Positions 50,938 through 53,279 of a stretch of 53,279 nucleotides of DNA are shown here, in pieces. The translations under genes were made by a program, and so were the position numbers. The stretch comes from Bacillales bacterium. GTDB lineage: Bacteria; Bacillota; Bacilli; JARBTR01. Under the pieces are notes generated by a model. It was not told where the DNA came from. It worked only from the letters and a program-made list of their open reading frames with translations, and searched no databases. Positions within the stretch are counted from its first letter, which is position 1; every line of letters starts with the position of its first letter. The stretch is taken from positions 1-53,279 of the forward strand of contig JAVBKB010000023.1 of assembly GCA_031554275.1 (NCBI GenBank), given 5' to 3'.

Positions 50938-50976
50938 AATAAGTAACAGAAGGGAGTCTCCCTTCTGTTACTTATT
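50938..50976. terminator. Perfect 39-bp palindrome after EpuA-family gene
   Basis: AATAAGTAACAGAAGGGAG-t-CTCCCTTCTGTTACTTATT. Confidence 0.65.
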
Positions 50977-50985
50977 ATACAATTA

Positions 50986-52344
50986 TTAAGGCTTCTTGAC
51001 CAAATCTATGATATGTTGCCAGGTGCTCTTCTTGAAAACATCGTCAGGGTCACCTTGACCAATTAAGGCGTAGCCGACATAGAGACCCACAATAATTGCG
51101 GCAACAACTAGAACAAGAACTATCAAAATCCTTAGCCAAATCGGGATTAACCGCATTCGAATCTTAGCACTGGAGACATCGTCTGCTTGTTTTTCAATTC
51201 TTTCAACGTCTTTAGCTCTTTGCTCTTCTAACTTTCGATGCTCTTCGCGAATACGATCAGATTTAGCAACCGACTCACTCTCAGGGAGAGCTACGACTTC
51301 ATCGAGTAAAATTATCGGCTCATTGTCCGCCTCGGTCTGACTTTCCTTCCCAGTCTCTTGATCTCTTCCAACTGGTAGGTCTAGAATTGGCGACTCTTCT
51401 CCAACTTTGACAGCTGGTTTTCTTTTTGGTGGTTTAGATTTACGTTTGTTTTTCGCTGATGCATTCGACTTAGGGCTTCGTGCTTTACTTTTCTTCTCAG
51501 TCGCTTGATCTCTTTCAACTGGTAGAGTCTGTGACTCTTCTACTTCAGAAACTGGAAGTTTATCATCTGTTCTTGACACTACACCTTTATCAGCTGGTTT
51601 TCTTTTTGATGATTTGTTTTTATTTTTGTTTTTCGCTGATTTCGACTTGGCGTTTTGTACTTTAATTTCTTCCTCAGTCGATGGTTTTCTGTCAGCCGAT
51701 GGTTTTCTATCAGTCGACGGTTTTCCATCAGTCGATGGTTTTCTGTCAGCTGATGGTTTTCTGTCAGCCCATGATTTTCTATCAGCTGATGGTTTTCTAT
51801 CAGCTGATGGTTTTCTATCAGTCGACGGTTTTCCATCAGTCGTTGGTTTTCTGTCAGCCGACGGTTTTCTATCAGCCGACGGTTTTCTATCAGCCGACGG
51901 TTTTCCATCAGTCGATGGTTTTCTATCAGTCGATGGTTTTCTATCAGTCGATGGTTTTCTATCAGCCGACGGTTTTCTATCAGCAGCTGGTTTTCTATCA
52001 GCAGCTGGTTTTCTGTCAGCCGATGGTTTTCTATCAGTCGGTACATCTAGGGTCTGCTGTGGCTGCTTTGTTTCAGAACTAGCTTCTCCAACTTGAAGAA
52101 CACCACCTGTGCTTGACACTACAACTTTGTCAGCTGGTTTTTTCTTTGATGATTTGGATTTGCTTTTGTTTGAAACTGGTGGTGAACTCGGCTTGGTTTT
52201 ATGTGTAGCTGTAGTTTTAGTATCTGCAGCTACTTCCGATAAATTCTTCGATGATATGTTCTTCTTAGAATTCGCAGGATGGTTTTTTGACTTAGACGAG
52301 TTTTTATTCTTTGTGTTCTTTGCATTTTTCTTTTTCTGTGCCAC
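50986..52344 (-). CDS. EpuA-family membrane protein with a very long low-complexity, repeat-rich N-terminal extension
   Basis: C-terminal RLIPIWLRI...GLYVGY..IG.GDP.DVF..STWQHI.DLV is the EpuA-type module, in the expected mbl-fabZ position. GTG 52344 follows AGGAG. Confidence 0.78.
   Translation of the reverse strand: MAQKKKNAKNTKNKNSSKSKNHPANSKKNISSKNLSEVAADTKTTATHKTKPSSPPVSNKSKSKSSKKKPADKVVVSSTGGVLQVGEASSETKQPQQTLDVPTDRKPSADRKPAADRKPAADRKPSADRKPSTDRKPSTDRKPSTDGKPSADRKPSADRKPSADRKPTTDGKPSTDRKPSADRKPSADRKSWADRKPSADRKPSTDGKPSTDRKPSADRKPSTEEEIKVQNAKSKSAKNKNKNKSSKRKPADKGVVSRTDDKLPVSEVEESQTLPVERDQATEKKSKARSPKSNASAKNKRKSKPPKRKPAVKVGEESPILDLPVGRDQETGKESQTEADNEPIILLDEVVALPESESVAKSDRIREEHRKLEEQRAKDVERIEKQADDVSSAKIRMRLIPIWLRILIVLVLVVAAIIVGLYVGYALIGQGDPDDVFKKSTWQHIIDLVKKP
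51676..52035 (-). repeat. Twenty 18-bp tandem repeats encoding D(R/G)KP(S/A/T)(A/T)
   Basis: 360 bp of (A)GYCGAYGGTTTTCTRTC-type units, counted from the translation; one unit is the variant DRKSWA. Confidence 0.95.
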
Positions 52345-52430
52345 GATCAAACTCCTAACTATCAGTGTTACTTATAAAACATTCCTGCATTCTGTTAAGG
52401 TGACACCTTTGGACAGAGCAGGAATGGCTT

Positions 52431-53279
52431 TTATTTTTTCAAATTTTCTAACATAATCCCTGTTCCTGCTACGACACAGTTCAAAGGATTGTCCGCCAGA
52501 AATACAGGCACCTTTAGCTCTTGTGCTAGAATGAGATCGATTCCATGAAGCAATGCACCACCACCAGTTAAGATGACACCTCTGTCAATGATATCTGCTG
52601 ATAGTTCAGGCGGAGTTTGCTCTAGTACACCTTTTGCAGCTTGAATTATAACTGCAATTGACTCTCTTAGTGACTCCTCGATTTCATCTGAAGTAACTTT
52701 GATAGAACGTGGTAAACCAGTTACCAAATCACGTCCACGAATATCCATACTAACTGCTCGCGATCCTGGGAATGCAGTCGCAACTTGGACTTTAATATCT
52801 TCGGCAGTACGCTCACCGATTAGTAGCTTGTATTTACGCTTGATGAAGTTGATAATCTCAACATCAAACTTATCTCCTGCCATCTTGATTGAGGCGGATG
52901 TAACAATATCACCCATTGAGAGTACTGCAATATCCGTTGTTCCACCGCCAATATCTATAACCATGTTGCCGCTTGGTTGGAAAATATCCATACCTGCACC
53001 AATTGCTGCAACCTTTGGTTCTTCTTCTAAATACACTTTGTTACTACCGGCTTTTTCTGCTGCTTCACGAATCGCCTTTTGCTCTACACTTGTGATATTC
53101 GTTGGGCAACAAATCAAAATGCGAGGCTTTGAGAAGAAACCTTTTAATTTCAATTTATTCAAAAAGTACTTTAACATTTCTTCAGTAACATCGAAATCTG
53201 CGATTACGCCATCTTTCAAGGGACGAATTGCAGCAATATTACCTGGTGTACGCCCAATCATCTTACGCGCTTCTTCTCC
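52431..53279 (-). CDS. mbl: MreB-like protein Mbl (5' end outside window)
   Basis: IRPLKDGVIADF, ICCPTNITSVE, EEPKVAAIGAG, DIGGGTTD and TPPELSADIIDRG motifs; located upstream of fabZ. Confidence 0.93.
   Translation of the reverse strand, partial: GEEARKMIGRTPGNIAAIRPLKDGVIADFDVTEEMLKYFLNKLKLKGFFSKPRILICCPTNITSVEQKAIREAAEKAGSNKVYLEEEPKVAAIGAGMDIFQPSGNMVIDIGGGTTDIAVLSMGDIVTSASIKMAGDKFDVEIINFIKRKYKLLIGERTAEDIKVQVATAFPGSRAVSMDIRGRDLVTGLPRSIKVTSDEIEESLRESIAVIIQAAKGVLEQTPPELSADIIDRGVILTGGGALLHGIDLILAQELKVPVFLADNPLNCVVAGTGIMLENLKK

Noticed and set aside
51676-52035. Regular repeat array as a possible CRISPR
   Set aside because: The units are contiguous 18-mers with no unique spacers, they are in frame in a protein, and no cas genes are present.
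51480-52456. Several alternative-frame and antisense ORFs (e.g. 51579-52046, 51614-52096, 51681-52082)
   Set aside because: They are stop-free shadows of the tandem repeat and low-complexity region.

Overview
Chromosomal, AT-rich window from a spore-forming Bacillota (Bacilli-like): it carries cotJA/B, spoIIR with a sigma-F-type promoter, mbl and ltaS. Most genes are on the minus strand. In coordinate order it holds: cotJB-cotJA; a membrane-anchored clostripain (C11) peptidase; spoIIR-prmC-(lipoprotein)-prfA; lutABC divergent from glcDF plus an ankyrin gene; a ~12 kb PucR-associated nucleobase catabolic island (NCS1 permease, DUF1116, FdrA, ankyrin-TPR fusion, guanine deaminase, NCS2-like permease, PucR regulator, alpha/beta hydrolase, DUF2877); a lactate permease; a complete speA-speD-speE-speB operon; ltaS; potABCD; ptb; a LexA-boxed Y-polymerase/YolD/YhjD-like cassette; a collagen-like spore protein; an Mta-type regulator; an LCP enzyme; galU; ssbB; fabZ; a repeat-expanded EpuA-family protein; and the 3' part of mbl. 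No rRNA, tRNA, CRISPR array, transposase or integrase was seen. The best candidate for an undescribed system is a polyamine-linked cis-regulatory RNA: a ~340-nt highly paired potA leader with repeated bulged hairpins (GU-UG-CYAA...UUAG-AC), plus a related hairpin and a 25-nt duplication in the speA-speD spacer. The second candidate is the FdrA/DUF1116/DUF2877 island. All product calls come from motif recognition by eye; no database search or folding program was run.
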